A DNA stretch of 64,000 nt, taken from positions 62,001-126,000 of the IMG/VR virus record IMGVR_UViG_3300044712_001255. One strand, written 5' to 3'. The translations under genes and the position numbers were made by a program. Below, piece after piece: positions 30,484 through 40,485 of the stretch. Numbering within the stretch: the first letter of the stretch is position 1; each line of letters starts with the position of its first letter. The notes under the pieces were generated by a model. That model had not been told where the DNA came from, searched no databases, and was given only the letters and a program-made list of their open reading frames with translations.

Positions 30484-33400
30484 ATGGCAGACATAAATTC
30501 AGAAGAAGCGTTAATGAAATACTACCAAATGGTCGAGATGATCGACTCATTTGGCGCACGTACAATACTGTCATCTACGCTCGACTCCGCGGCTCGCAAT
30601 TCTGGTGGGTCTGACGTTCCGACAAACGCAAATTTCTATAAGGCGTTGATGAGGTTACTGCTTGAGGTGGACTCTAGGGGTGCATACAGCATCACCAAGT
30701 TGGTTGAAAAGCTAAAGGAGCTGTGCAAAGATGGCTCATTGAAATCAGCTGAATCAGACGAGTTACACAAGAAAATCATTCGGCACATTATTCGTGTGTA
30801 CTCTACGAAAGGCGAAAAGATTGACCTCTTAGATGACGGCAAACCATATCAAAACATGTACTACAAAGAGGAAAAAAACTCTGGCGTTGACTACATGGAC
30901 TCATTGCTACAAATCTTCCCGAAGGAAACACAAAGCCAATTAAAGAAATCCAACACGTCATTGTCGGCTGTGCTGTGTACTGCGCCTATTCTACTGCCAC
31001 AAAATCGTAATGTAAGCAAGATAGAATTCTGGTTGAATCATATGCCATCAATCGTGGTATCTCGGATGGTACCATTTGTTGATGTGAAATTCACATTTGA
31101 ACGATTCGATAACGAAAATAACAAAACAGCAAATTCAACGTTTAGTTTGATAAAATTTCTTGAAGGCGCCAAGATGACGTTTGAAGGCGCAAACAAGACA
31201 TTGCATGAAGCAAATTTTTACGATGCTGGACAAAGCAATGAAGATCCTACTATGCGTCGATTCTATCATCGAGCTGGTATGGAGGTGTTTCTTTCCCCAC
31301 AAACGATGGTAAATCCAAACAAGGAAGCATCAGATTCTCGTTACGTGAGTATCACAGATAAGATGCGTCCCTATGCGTCATTGAAGAGCATCGATATCAG
31401 CATTCAACCCACATTTGGGTTTATGACGTACAAGAACGGATCATTGTCATTTACGTTGCATGATCGTTCTAGACTCACAGAGATTTCAGACCTAATTCGT
31501 CCACAACTTTTCAAGGGCGCAACAATTTGGATCACGTATGGGTGGCGTCATCCACCAGAACCGGGAAATGCATACGCAAATTTCATCAACAATAACATGA
31601 TGATGAGAGAAGCGTTTATGGTCGTCAATACAGAACTCAGCTTTGACAACGTCGGTCAGGTGAATATCAAACTTCACATTGCAACAAAGGGGGCAATTCA
31701 AGGTGAGACAAATTCACTAGCGTCTAACGTAGGTAAGGACATAAACAACATCCTTAATGAATTGTCAACTATCACCAAAAATATCATGAAGGCTCGCGCT
31801 GCCATGGGCGGTGGAGTGTCTGGATTTAAGGAAGAAGTCCGTGCATTTCAAGTCATTGATCAAGCCGCACGTGGTACTGCCCTAAAGTACGATGAAGTCG
31901 TCAAAGGAATGGACCAGATTAAAAAGCTGCTTTCTAATAAGAAGTTGAACAATCCTGAACTAAAACAAGCGTTAACTGATGTATCAAAAGAACTGTCTAA
32001 GTTGTATGGCAATGGACAAGGTAACAAATCATTATTGATCTCATCTAAGGGTCTTTTCAGCAAGATACAAAACACTTACGAACAAGCAGTGAAACAAAAG
32101 TTTGAAGCCATGCAAGAGGGACCAGATCCCTGGTTGTTGTCAAACGTTCACGCAAACAAAAAGGGAGTAAAAGACGCATTAGCAAGTAAGATACCAGATT
32201 GGGCAATCAATCCTGAAATTGCTAACTTGTTGCAAGGCGCGTCATTTGATTACCAAAGCGATAAATCAGCGTCAACGAAATTGAAGCACACCACAAGAAT
32301 TGTTTCATTCGGTAAGCTGTTCATGAATTTTGTAGGTGAATCGTTTGCTGGCATAGACGGTATTGATGAAGTGCAAGTTTGGTTCTATCGATTGAACGAC
32401 AGCTGCGGTCCTGCGAGTGGAATGAACATCGCTGAATTCCCAATTGAAGTCAATACAATCTACACAAAATACAGCGATTACGTGTATAAGAAGCGAGTAC
32501 AAAACATCTCTGTTCAGGAGTTCCTGAGCTTAGTGATAAACACGCAATTCACAGATCCACGTGCAATACCGTATGGCTTACGAATGTATTACAAGCCGTA
32601 CAACGTCTCAGCACCAGATCCTGCTGAGCGTACAGGCATACCCACAACATTGCAAAACGGAATTTTAGAGCGTCAATCAAAGTACGGTGTTTTCAAGTAT
32701 CCTGCGCTTGAGATCATGATTGAAACTGTACACGCTAATAACACAAATGCCAATCAACCCGTGGACTTACTTACGTTATACGAATATCTTGAAGCACCTG
32801 AAGCGAAAAAATTTGGATCAATGAAATTAGCATCTGGCGCGGACGGTGATCGACGTATCATGCGAGTTCATGTTTACGATAAGTCAGTTGATCCTTACCC
32901 CACAGAATCAAGCATGCTGCGTGATAAGCAAGGGTTCATTTACGAAATTCCTGCTTCACCAGCAAGCAAAAAATACTTTTCTGAGCAACAGGAAATTGTA
33001 CGTAAGGGATACGCAAAAGATCAAAGTGACAAGCGTCAACAAGACGCGTTGTCGAAGGCGCTTCGAGGTCAGCAAGGTATTCGAATGTATAAGTCGGATG
33101 CGCAAGCCGTAAGCACGGAAGGCGCATTTGAAAAGATGGCAGAATTCGTCGCGCGTGGCGTTCCCACAATTACGTATGGGTCAAACGGCACAACGATCAA
33201 AAATTGCAACGTGTCTTCAAAGGCTGATCCATTACTATCAACTGCAAACATGATTCGTCCAGAAGGCGATCCCAACAGCGTACAACCTAATGGCGCAGGA
33301 TTTGGTAATATGCCAATTCGCGTTGTGCCTGCTACGATGACAATGTCATCATTGGGTTGTCCGTTGGCGAACCCGGCGCAATTGTATTTCTTCAATTTTG

Positions 33401-33621
33401 GCACAGGCACAACCATCGATAACTTCTACATTTTGACGCACATAACTCATCAATTCGGTCCTGGAAAGTTTGAAACGAACTGGACGTTTGGATATTCTGA
33501 CGCGTATGCTCGAATTGAAGGCGCACCAATCTTTGTCGATAGTTTGAAGAAGTTCCTAGAAGATGAAGAAGATGATCAGACTAACGACAATATCAACGAT
33601 GCGTTCATGAATGAATACTAG
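30484..33621 (+). CDS. Baseplate hub-like protein (gp27 / late-control-D-like)
   Basis: 1045 aa; C-terminal LGCP..YF.NFGTGTTIDNFY.LTHITH.F.PGKFET pattern; follows the LysM protein. Confidence 0.6.
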   Translation: MADINSEEALMKYYQMVEMIDSFGARTILSSTLDSAARNSGGSDVPTNANFYKALMRLLLEVDSRGAYSITKLVEKLKELCKDGSLKSAESDELHKKIIRHIIRVYSTKGEKIDLLDDGKPYQNMYYKEEKNSGVDYMDSLLQIFPKETQSQLKKSNTSLSAVLCTAPILLPQNRNVSKIEFWLNHMPSIVVSRMVPFVDVKFTFERFDNENNKTANSTFSLIKFLEGAKMTFEGANKTLHEANFYDAGQSNEDPTMRRFYHRAGMEVFLSPQTMVNPNKEASDSRYVSITDKMRPYASLKSIDISIQPTFGFMTYKNGSLSFTLHDRSRLTEISDLIRPQLFKGATIWITYGWRHPPEPGNAYANFINNNMMMREAFMVVNTELSFDNVGQVNIKLHIATKGAIQGETNSLASNVGKDINNILNELSTITKNIMKARAAMGGGVSGFKEEVRAFQVIDQAARGTALKYDEVVKGMDQIKKLLSNKKLNNPELKQALTDVSKELSKLYGNGQGNKSLLISSKGLFSKIQNTYEQAVKQKFEAMQEGPDPWLLSNVHANKKGVKDALASKIPDWAINPEIANLLQGASFDYQSDKSASTKLKHTTRIVSFGKLFMNFVGESFAGIDGIDEVQVWFYRLNDSCGPASGMNIAEFPIEVNTIYTKYSDYVYKKRVQNISVQEFLSLVINTQFTDPRAIPYGLRMYYKPYNVSAPDPAERTGIPTTLQNGILERQSKYGVFKYPALEIMIETVHANNTNANQPVDLLTLYEYLEAPEAKKFGSMKLASGADGDRRIMRVHVYDKSVDPYPTESSMLRDKQGFIYEIPASPASKKYFSEQQEIVRKGYAKDQSDKRQQDALSKALRGQQGIRMYKSDAQAVSTEGAFEKMAEFVARGVPTITYGSNGTTIKNCNVSSKADPLLSTANMIRPEGDPNSVQPNGAGFGNMPIRVVPATMTMSSLGCPLANPAQLYFFNFGTGTTIDNFYILTHITHQFGPGKFETNWTFGYSDAYARIEGAPIFVDSLKKFLEDEEDDQTNDNINDAFMNEY

Positions 33622-33630
33622 ACACACGTA

Positions 33631-33639
33631 TGGTAACAT
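33631..33639 (+). promoter_or_regulatory. Extended -10 promoter (TG-G-TAACAT) giving a leaderless DNA polymerase mRNA
   Basis: -10 box ends at 33639, ATG at 33646; no SD. Confidence 0.6.
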
Positions 33640-33645
33640 TGAGCC

Positions 33646-34911
33646 ATGCGTGTTGCGCTCTCTGCGTCGCTGTTGATGACAGACAAAACGTTGTTGATCA
33701 ATGATGACAAAACGCTAAGTTGGGTTGATGATATTCCACAAGATGCGTGGGTGTTCAGCGGTGCCCCAAAACCTGGCAAGTGCTTTGATACGTTGTTGAA
33801 GCTCAATCACTTGTCAGTTGATGCAACAATTGATTCTCGCTATGAAAGCGTTGCACGTACCGTGTTGTCTGGTTCTATGTTCGCAACGCCTCCTTATGCA
33901 TTGTTGATGTCTCAAGGCCACATCAAGGAGCGAATTAGAAAAATCGTACATCAGGTTGTGGGTTACCTTGGTTCAATAGACACCAATTATTTTGATAGCA
34001 CGTGGGTGCCCGCGACAAGGGTTTTTGACCGCCTGAGGCCTGCAAAAATAGACACAACGTCCTGGCATGGGTGGATGTTACGTGAAGTCGGCAACAAACC
34101 AATCATCAAAACGTTCGCGCCAGGAACTGATGATTTCGCCGAGCCTGTTGAATACGACAGATTTGGCACTCGTACAGGTCGATTGACTGTAAAGTCTGGC
34201 CCAAACATCTTGACATTGCGCAAAGACGCAAGGAACATGATAACTTCTCGTTATCAAAATGGTTCAATCATCTTTTATGACTTTTCTGGTCAGGAAGCTC
34301 GTGTAGTGTTGTATGAGGCTGGTCGGCGATGCGAAGAACTTGATCTCTACGGTATGATGACACGGCAGCTGTTTGACAACCAGATTGAACGTAATGTTGT
34401 GAAGCAGGCTGTGTTGTCAGAGTTGTACGGTCAAGGCCACGCGGCGCTCGGCAAGCGTTTGGGAATTGCCGGTGAAGCTCTCACTGCATTCATTAAACGT
34501 ATTAGAACGTACTTTCACTTCGGGAAGCTACAACGTCATGTGAAGGGTGGCTTCATTGCTAACGGATATGTCACCAATCGATTTGGGCGCAAGATCACAA
34601 TTGACGAACCGCTCGATAACATCATTTTTAATTCATACGTGCAATCAACGGCGGCTGATGTAGCCTTGCTTGGGTTTGATTGCTTGTGTGAATCTGTGTT
34701 ACCTCAATATACAAATTTTACGCCGTTGTTTTTGCTACATGATGCATTGATCATCGACGTTGAAGACGCAAGCAAGCTACCAGAAGTTGCGTGGATCAAG
34801 GTACCAGGTTATGTTCAGCGATGGCCGGTAAAGCTTGAACACATGACCAAGGTAGAAGTACAGTCTGGTGAAGAGGAACAAGAAGATGAAATCACAAGAT
34901 CTGCGACCTGA
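33646..34911 (+). CDS. Family A DNA polymerase, polymerase domain only
   Basis: TRTGRL; motif A YDFSGQEARV; motif B R.VVKQAVLSELYG; NSYVQSTAAD; motif C LLHDALI. Only 421 aa, with no DxE exonuclease motif seen. Confidence 0.85.
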   Translation: MRVALSASLLMTDKTLLINDDKTLSWVDDIPQDAWVFSGAPKPGKCFDTLLKLNHLSVDATIDSRYESVARTVLSGSMFATPPYALLMSQGHIKERIRKIVHQVVGYLGSIDTNYFDSTWVPATRVFDRLRPAKIDTTSWHGWMLREVGNKPIIKTFAPGTDDFAEPVEYDRFGTRTGRLTVKSGPNILTLRKDARNMITSRYQNGSIIFYDFSGQEARVVLYEAGRRCEELDLYGMMTRQLFDNQIERNVVKQAVLSELYGQGHAALGKRLGIAGEALTAFIKRIRTYFHFGKLQRHVKGGFIANGYVTNRFGRKITIDEPLDNIIFNSYVQSTAADVALLGFDCLCESVLPQYTNFTPLFLLHDALIIDVEDASKLPEVAWIKVPGYVQRWPVKLEHMTKVEVQSGEEEQEDEITRSAT

Positions 34912-35506
34912 AGACGTTGAGGCAAACTTCAACAAATATGTTGAGTACCTGAAGAAAATTCAGGATCCAAGTCGTCAGGCAGCAGCATTGTCTGTGACAG
35001 AACTTTTGGGAGAGCGCCTTGCCTTGTGTCCCGCTTCAGGTCGTACAGAACATCATAATTGTTTTGTTGGCGGGCTTGTTGATCATTCAATTCGAGTGCT
35101 GCGTAACGCCCTGGTGTTGCGAAAGACATTCGATATGGTGAATGATGTTCCACTTGATTCTGTTGTAATCGCAGCACTGTTTCATGACTTGGGTAAGGTC
35201 GGTGATTACGATGTTGATTATTACGTCCCTCAGGACAGCGACTGGCACAGGGAAAAGCTGGGTGAGCTGTACACTTTTAACAAGAATCTACCATTCATGA
35301 CTGTGCCGCATCGTAGTCTGTGGTTGCTTCAGAAGGCAGGACTTGCGCTCACTCAGGATGAGTTCCTGGCAATCATGTTGCATGATGGGCAATATGCGGA
35401 AGGTAACAAGCAATATGCCATGAAGGAACGTACGCTTGTTGATTTGATTCACATGGCTGATTTCATGGCATGTAAGCAAGAAAAGAATGGAAATGGAGAA
35501 AAGTGA
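34886..35506 (+). CDS. HD-domain hydrolase (YhaM-like)
   Basis: HH..GGLVDHS, ALFHDLGKVG, HDGQY, IHMAD; GAGGA RBS; overlaps the polymerase 3' end by 26 nt. Confidence 0.85.
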   Translation: MKSQDLRPEDVEANFNKYVEYLKKIQDPSRQAAALSVTELLGERLALCPASGRTEHHNCFVGGLVDHSIRVLRNALVLRKTFDMVNDVPLDSVVIAALFHDLGKVGDYDVDYYVPQDSDWHREKLGELYTFNKNLPFMTVPHRSLWLLQKAGLALTQDEFLAIMLHDGQYAEGNKQYAMKERTLVDLIHMADFMACKQEKNGNGEK

Positions 35507-35718
35507 TGCAAAGTGATGCCGTACCTTTTGTGAAGATCGTTTTGGATGGTTCGCAGAATCCTCGAACTATTGAGAATGTCTTGCTAGAATCTGGCGCTGA
35601 CGTTGCTCGCACAGCTGATCCAGATCTATACTTTGCGTATGATGCTTCAAAATCTATGCTCGATAGTCTTGTTGGTGATGGTATTGCTGCATACCATGTC
35701 ATCGAAGTGAATACTTAA
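35506..35718 (+). CDS. Hypothetical protein
   Basis: TGATG coupling; 70 aa. Confidence 0.55.
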   Translation: MQSDAVPFVKIVLDGSQNPRTIENVLLESGADVARTADPDLYFAYDASKSMLDSLVGDGIAAYHVIEVNT

Positions 35719-35725
35719 TATCGCG

Positions 35726-36025
35726 ATGGCGTCTTCAGCAAAAAGATTACTGGAACAATACGTAAGAGCGTTGATCGCCGAATCTGACGTATCAGAGACA
35801 GCGGCGGGTGCTCCTGGAGAACATGATATCATTGAGCCTGGTTCAGAGGGCGACATCAGCGGGCAAGAAGAAACAGAAGGTTGCTCAGCAGGAATGGCAG
35901 ATGAATGTGGTGGAGCCGGTGCGGGTGGCGGAATCTCTGTCGCCAGCACTGGTCTTCCTGGCGCTCCTGGCATGGGCATGAAAAGAAACACAAGGTCAAA
36001 TTCAAGATCTAGAACTGAAAGATAG
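35726..36025 (+). CDS. Small acidic/Gly-rich protein, putative internal head protein
   Basis: LLEQYVRALIAE N-terminus; TACTTA motif 8 nt upstream. Confidence 0.55.
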   Translation: MASSAKRLLEQYVRALIAESDVSETAAGAPGEHDIIEPGSEGDISGQEETEGCSAGMADECGGAGAGGGISVASTGLPGAPGMGMKRNTRSNSRSRTER

Positions 36026-36031
36026 AAACGC

Positions 36032-36067
36032 TGTCACGATTTACACTCGTGACACACTGTGTATAGT
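36032..36067 (+). promoter_or_regulatory. Promoter (TTTACA-16 nt-TATAGT) with an 8-bp inverted-repeat operator over the -35 box
   Basis: TGTCACGA-TTTACAC-TCGTGACA; ATG 36074 is 6 nt after the -10 box. Confidence 0.55.
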
Positions 36068-36073
36068 TTAGGC

Positions 36074-36694
36074 ATGGCAAGAGCTATAAAGAACAAACCG
36101 TACGATCCCGAGAAAGAGCGTACCGTATACGATGATGAGTATTATCATAATCATGTAAAGTACTATCAACGTGGTATTCCTCATTTTGAGCAATTCCTAC
36201 GTGATGAATTCAAGTTCGAAAGCATCGCAGACATTGGATGTGGAACCGGTGCATTCTCTGCGCCATTCCAGACAGACAAAAAGGTTTATGGGTTTGACTT
36301 CTCGGTTGGATCTGAGGGTGTAAGTTTTCTTGATCCCAAGAATTACTACTCTGCAGACCTAACGGTTCCAAACTCAACTTCTGTCGCCAAGGGCGTTGAT
36401 ATTGCGATGTCGTTGGAAGTGTATGAGCATCTGCTTCCTGAATTTGAGATGACGTATCTGGATAACGTATTTGGTCTTGGATCAAAGTGGGTTATCATAT
36501 CATGCGCCCCTCCAGGACAGTGGGGTCGCCACCACGTAAATTGTAAGTCTTTGGCAGACGTTGAAGCTACGGTGACAGGAAGATTCCCACAGTATGTGGT
36601 GAACCCTGACATCACTGATCGTTTCAAGAAAATCAAGCTTCTAGCATCATTCTATCGTAAGAACACTTTGGTATTCGAACGACGTGATGTTTGA
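36074..36694 (+). CDS. Class I SAM-dependent methyltransferase
   Basis: IADIGCGTG motif I, YGFDFS, SLEVYEHL. Confidence 0.85.
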   Translation: MARAIKNKPYDPEKERTVYDDEYYHNHVKYYQRGIPHFEQFLRDEFKFESIADIGCGTGAFSAPFQTDKKVYGFDFSVGSEGVSFLDPKNYYSADLTVPNSTSVAKGVDIAMSLEVYEHLLPEFEMTYLDNVFGLGSKWVIISCAPPGQWGRHHVNCKSLADVEATVTGRFPQYVVNPDITDRFKKIKLLASFYRKNTLVFERRDV

Positions 36695-36766
36695 AAACAA
36701 GGGAAACAAGTGATACAAGAATAGAACGTTCGTTGGACGTTCGTGAAAGGTAAAAAGGAAAACAAT

Positions 36767-37687
36767 ATGGCAATCAATCTTGACGCAATTCGTAGGAAGA
36801 TGGAGCAGCTTAACTCTAAGGGGGGTGGAGGTGGATCTTACTCCAAGCTCTGGCGTCCCAAGGAGATCGGTGAGTACAAGGTTCGTGCCCTTCCATGGCC
36901 GGATGGCAAGACTGCCGAAGGCGTTCCGTTCGTAGAGAGATACTTCTACTGGATCGGTGACACAAGCCTTCTTGCACCAAAGCAGTTCGGCGAAGACGAT
37001 CCGATCAATGACGTCATCACTGCACTCTTCAGAACGAAGAAGGAAGATGACAAGGAGACGGCGAAGAAGCTTCTGCCGAAGATGAAGGCGTACTTGCCTA
37101 TCGTCGTAAAGGGCGAAGAGGACAAGGGAGTTCAGGTTTGGGCATTTGCAAGAGACACGTATCTTCGACTGTTGGGATTTTTCACCAACGAGGAGATTGG
37201 TGATTTCACCAATCCTCAAGAGGGATTCGATCTCATTGTTACGGTGTCTGATTCCGGAAAGAAGTGGAATGGAAAGCCGGTGTTGAATCAGACGATTGAC
37301 GCAGCCCGCCGCTCATCATCTTTCGCAAAGTGGTTTGGTGATGATGACGCCAAGGTAGACGCACTGCTTGCGAAGATTCCTGACATCGACGCAATGAACG
37401 CCGACTATCGCAAGACCCCGTCGCAGGCGAAGGCGATCCTTGATCGTTGGCTCGATAGTGGTCGAACTGACACAAAGTCAGAGGGGACAGCTCGCGGTCC
37501 TGCAAGCCCAGATAAGCTCGATCAGCTTGCTGAGGAAGTGTCTTCTGGAAAGGCAGCTGAGGTTGCTGTGACAAAGGCAAAGGCTGAAAAGCCTGCAAAG
37601 GGTAAGAAGACCACGACAGTTGACGACGATGTATCAACTAAGGTGGATGCTGATCTCGACTCAGCTCTCGATGAGCTGATGGAGTAA
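36767..37687 (+). CDS. Single-stranded DNA-binding protein (T4 gp32-like)
   Basis: MAINLDAIRRK..LWRPKE.GEYKVR.LP..DDPI..LLPK..Y..IVVKGEEDKGVQVW.F..GFDLIV; acidic C-terminus; AAGGA RBS. Confidence 0.8.
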   Translation: MAINLDAIRRKMEQLNSKGGGGGSYSKLWRPKEIGEYKVRALPWPDGKTAEGVPFVERYFYWIGDTSLLAPKQFGEDDPINDVITALFRTKKEDDKETAKKLLPKMKAYLPIVVKGEEDKGVQVWAFARDTYLRLLGFFTNEEIGDFTNPQEGFDLIVTVSDSGKKWNGKPVLNQTIDAARRSSSFAKWFGDDDAKVDALLAKIPDIDAMNADYRKTPSQAKAILDRWLDSGRTDTKSEGTARGPASPDKLDQLAEEVSSGKAAEVAVTKAKAEKPAKGKKTTTVDDDVSTKVDADLDSALDELME

Positions 37688-37710
37688 TCCTCACACAAAA
37701 CATTGCATCG

Positions 37711-37758
37711 CTTAGGTACGAGTTTCTGATTCGTCATGATGCTCGTACCTGAGTTTTA
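37711..37758 (+). terminator. Intrinsic terminator between ssb and recA
   Basis: CTTAGGTACGAG...CTCGTACCTGAG, 12-bp stem (one G-U), followed by TTTTA. Confidence 0.7.
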
Positions 37759-37782
37759 TGTTGAACATGAAAGGAAAACAAA

Positions 37783-39012
37783 ATGGCCGCAGGACGTAAA
37801 AAGAAGGACGCGTCGGAAGATACATCGAGTTCAGCGATTTCTGATCAGCTGACTGAAGAGCTTATCTCTGACATCAACAAGGAATTTGGTACTCGAGTTG
37901 CGTATAACTTGAGCGAAGCTAACGCACCAACAATCGTCAAGTCGTGGATCGGTAGCAGATCATTGCTTCTCGATTATGCGATCTCAAACAAGAGAAACGG
38001 TGGGTATCCAGTAGGTCGTGTGATAGAGGTGTCTGGTTTGCCATCGACTGGAAAGTCGCACCTTGCGTACGAGGCTGCGCGAACCGTGCAAGAGCAAGGT
38101 GGGCTTGTTGTGTACGTTGATACTGAGAACGCTACACCGGTCGAGAAGCTTGCTACGATGGGAATCGATGTTCGTAAGCGGTTTGTGTATGTTGATACAC
38201 ACTGCACGGAAGAGGTGTTTTCTATCATTGATTCCATCATTCGCAAGACGAAGCCATACACAGACAAGGGGCTGCCTGTGTTAGCTATCTGGGATTCTGT
38301 TGCTGGCACCTCTCCGAAGGCAGAGCTAGAGGGCGACTACGACACGAGCACGGTCGGTCTTCAGGCGCGTATGCTATCAAAGGGTATGCGCAAGATCACA
38401 GGTGTGATTGCGCAAATGGGTGTTACGCTGTTTTGCATCAATCAGCTACGGCAGAAGATTGGCGTGAACTTTGGTGATCCATACGTCACCCCGGGCGGCG
38501 CAGCGATTCCGTACCACTCGTCAGTGCGAGTGCGCTTAACAGGAGAAGGCACTGCACTCAAGGATAAGTTCGGTAACGTAATTGGCATCAAGGTGCCACT
38601 GCGTATCATCAAGAACAAGGTTGCTCCGCCATTCAGATCATTCTCACTTGAGATTCATTTCGGTCGTGGTATAGTGGAGACTGATTCACTCATCGACGCC
38701 GGCATTGAGTACTGCGAAAAGCACAAGTACGTGCTACGCGGGGACAAGCAGTTCAGCATCACAGGTAAGGGAAAGGCGTGGAAGACGTTCCTTGTCGCTG
38801 ACAACAAGTCGGGTGAAGTGCTGTATGAGAAGAAGTTCCAAAAGGACGACTTTGATGACTTGCTTCACAAGGATGACGTGTGTAGCCCGCTAATGAAGGA
38901 GTTCTATGATGGAGCTCTAACTGTGGTGTTTGGTGAGCCAGAAGGCGAACACGATATCAATCCAGTGTCTGATGAAGACGATATGGGAGATCAAGATGCA
39001 GATGAATCCTGA
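37783..39012 (+). CDS. recA: RecA/UvsX recombinase
   Basis: GYPVGRVIEVSGLPSTGKS Walker A, YVDTEN, IWDSVAG, VGLQARMLSKGMRK, INQLRQKIG..TPGG, KNKVAPPF. Confidence 0.95.
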   Translation: MAAGRKKKDASEDTSSSAISDQLTEELISDINKEFGTRVAYNLSEANAPTIVKSWIGSRSLLLDYAISNKRNGGYPVGRVIEVSGLPSTGKSHLAYEAARTVQEQGGLVVYVDTENATPVEKLATMGIDVRKRFVYVDTHCTEEVFSIIDSIIRKTKPYTDKGLPVLAIWDSVAGTSPKAELEGDYDTSTVGLQARMLSKGMRKITGVIAQMGVTLFCINQLRQKIGVNFGDPYVTPGGAAIPYHSSVRVRLTGEGTALKDKFGNVIGIKVPLRIIKNKVAPPFRSFSLEIHFGRGIVETDSLIDAGIEYCEKHKYVLRGDKQFSITGKGKAWKTFLVADNKSGEVLYEKKFQKDDFDDLLHKDDVCSPLMKEFYDGALTVVFGEPEGEHDINPVSDEDDMGDQDADES

Positions 39013-39478
39013 GATTGGAAAGTGCCGTGTGTTTTTGGAGGAAGGCGCACAGCTTCCTTCAATTCAAACTCCCGGTGCTGCTGGATATGATCTGACAGCC
39101 CTAGAAGATATCGTGCTCGTGGAAGGGGTAACCACATTTGCCCGCACGGGAGTTTTTCTAGAGCTGCCGGAGGGCGTAGAAGCCCAAATCAGGCCGCGGT
39201 CTGGACTGTCGGCCAAGGGCGTCATTATTCTAAATGCGCCAGGCACGATCGATTGCGATTATCGTGGTGAAGTGAAAATTATCATGACGTGTTTGCCATA
39301 CGGACAACCTACAGCCCCCGCAGGTTCAAAGCGCATGTACAGCATCAAGGCGGGAGAACGTATCGCTCAAATGGTATTTGCTCCTGTGTTACGTATGCAA
39401 TTTGACACTGTCAACTCGTACGTAGAACTCACAGAAACCACACGTGGTGCCGGTGGATTTGGCAGTACGGGAAAGTAG
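38996..39478 (+). CDS. dut: Trimeric dUTPase
   Basis: AAGYDL, IRPRSGL, PGTIDCDYRGE, GERIAQ, RGAGGFGSTG. Confidence 0.95.
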   Translation: MQMNPEIGKCRVFLEEGAQLPSIQTPGAAGYDLTALEDIVLVEGVTTFARTGVFLELPEGVEAQIRPRSGLSAKGVIILNAPGTIDCDYRGEVKIIMTCLPYGQPTAPAGSKRMYSIKAGERIAQMVFAPVLRMQFDTVNSYVELTETTRGAGGFGSTGK

Positions 39479-39508
39479 TTGATAGACCGGGCACGGGTTT
39501 GTTATGAT
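39479..39508 (+). promoter_or_regulatory. Sigma70-like promoter giving a leaderless mRNA for the 5'-3' exonuclease
   Basis: TTGATA-18 nt-TATGAT with an extended TG; ATG 39515 lies 6 nt after the -10 box. Confidence 0.65.
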
Positions 39509-39514
39509 GGCTGC

Positions 39515-40477
39515 ATGTCATCTGATAGACCCGTGCTTCTGGTAGATGCTTACTCTCTTTTCATCAGAAGTTTTCTTGCGTATCCGTCAATGTCAGCCCA
39601 TGGTTACCAGATGGGTGGCACGATTGGTTTCTTAAAAACGTTGCAACGCGTTTGTTCTGAATTGAACCCACGCGCGGTGTATATCGCTTGGGAAGGTGGT
39701 GGTTCATCAAAACGTCGTGCTATTTTCTCTGAGTACAAACTTGGTCGTTTACCAGAAAAGCTGAATCGATTTTACGATGATGATATTCCAGAGTCTGATG
39801 AGAATCGCAAACATCAAATGTTGGTGTTAATCGGGCTATTAAAACATACACCTGCTTGTCAATTGTACGCCGCTGACTGCGAAGGCGATGATGTTATTGC
39901 GTTTCTTTGTAGAGGAAGATTTCGTGGTCAAAATAAGGTAATTGTGTCATCAGACAAAGACATGTACCAATTGCTCGACGATACAACTCGAGTGTATAGC
40001 CTCTATCGAAAGATCTACGTTACAAAGGAAGATGTGCTTCGAGATTATCAGGTGACTGCAAAGAATTTTGCTCTTGCAAAGGCTCTTTGTGGAGACGCTA
40101 GCGACAATATCCCAGGCGTACCAGGAATGGGTTATAAGACGCTTGTGAAGCGCTTACCGTTTGTAGGCCTCGAGGAGGACATCATTCTGCAACAGGTATT
40201 TGATTACTGTGAAGCTCACAAGAAAGAGTCAATTCACTATCGTCGTATCTTAGAATCTCAATCTGATGTCAAACGTAACTGGCGCTTAATCTATCTTGAC
40301 GACCATACGTTGACAAACGCTCAGGCACAAAAGATTGACTACGTGATTGATACATTTGAGCCCCGGATTGGGAAGATAGAGTTCATGCGTTTGCTTGCAA
40401 AGGAAGGGCTGAATGACTTTGACGTCAATTGGTTCTACTATGCAATGAATGGTGTTGAAGGATTGAATGATACGTAA
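39515..40477 (+). CDS. 5'-3' exonuclease / flap nuclease (PolI N-terminal / T4 RNase H family)
   Basis: LLVDAYSLFIR, WEGGG..RR..YK..R, EGDDVIA, SSDKDMYQL, LCGDASDNIPGVPGMGYKT. Confidence 0.92.
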   Translation: MSSDRPVLLVDAYSLFIRSFLAYPSMSAHGYQMGGTIGFLKTLQRVCSELNPRAVYIAWEGGGSSKRRAIFSEYKLGRLPEKLNRFYDDDIPESDENRKHQMLVLIGLLKHTPACQLYAADCEGDDVIAFLCRGRFRGQNKVIVSSDKDMYQLLDDTTRVYSLYRKIYVTKEDVLRDYQVTAKNFALAKALCGDASDNIPGVPGMGYKTLVKRLPFVGLEEDIILQQVFDYCEAHKKESIHYRRILESQSDVKRNWRLIYLDDHTLTNAQAQKIDYVIDTFEPRIGKIEFMRLLAKEGLNDFDVNWFYYAMNGVEGLNDT

Positions 40478-40485
40478 GGAAAAAT

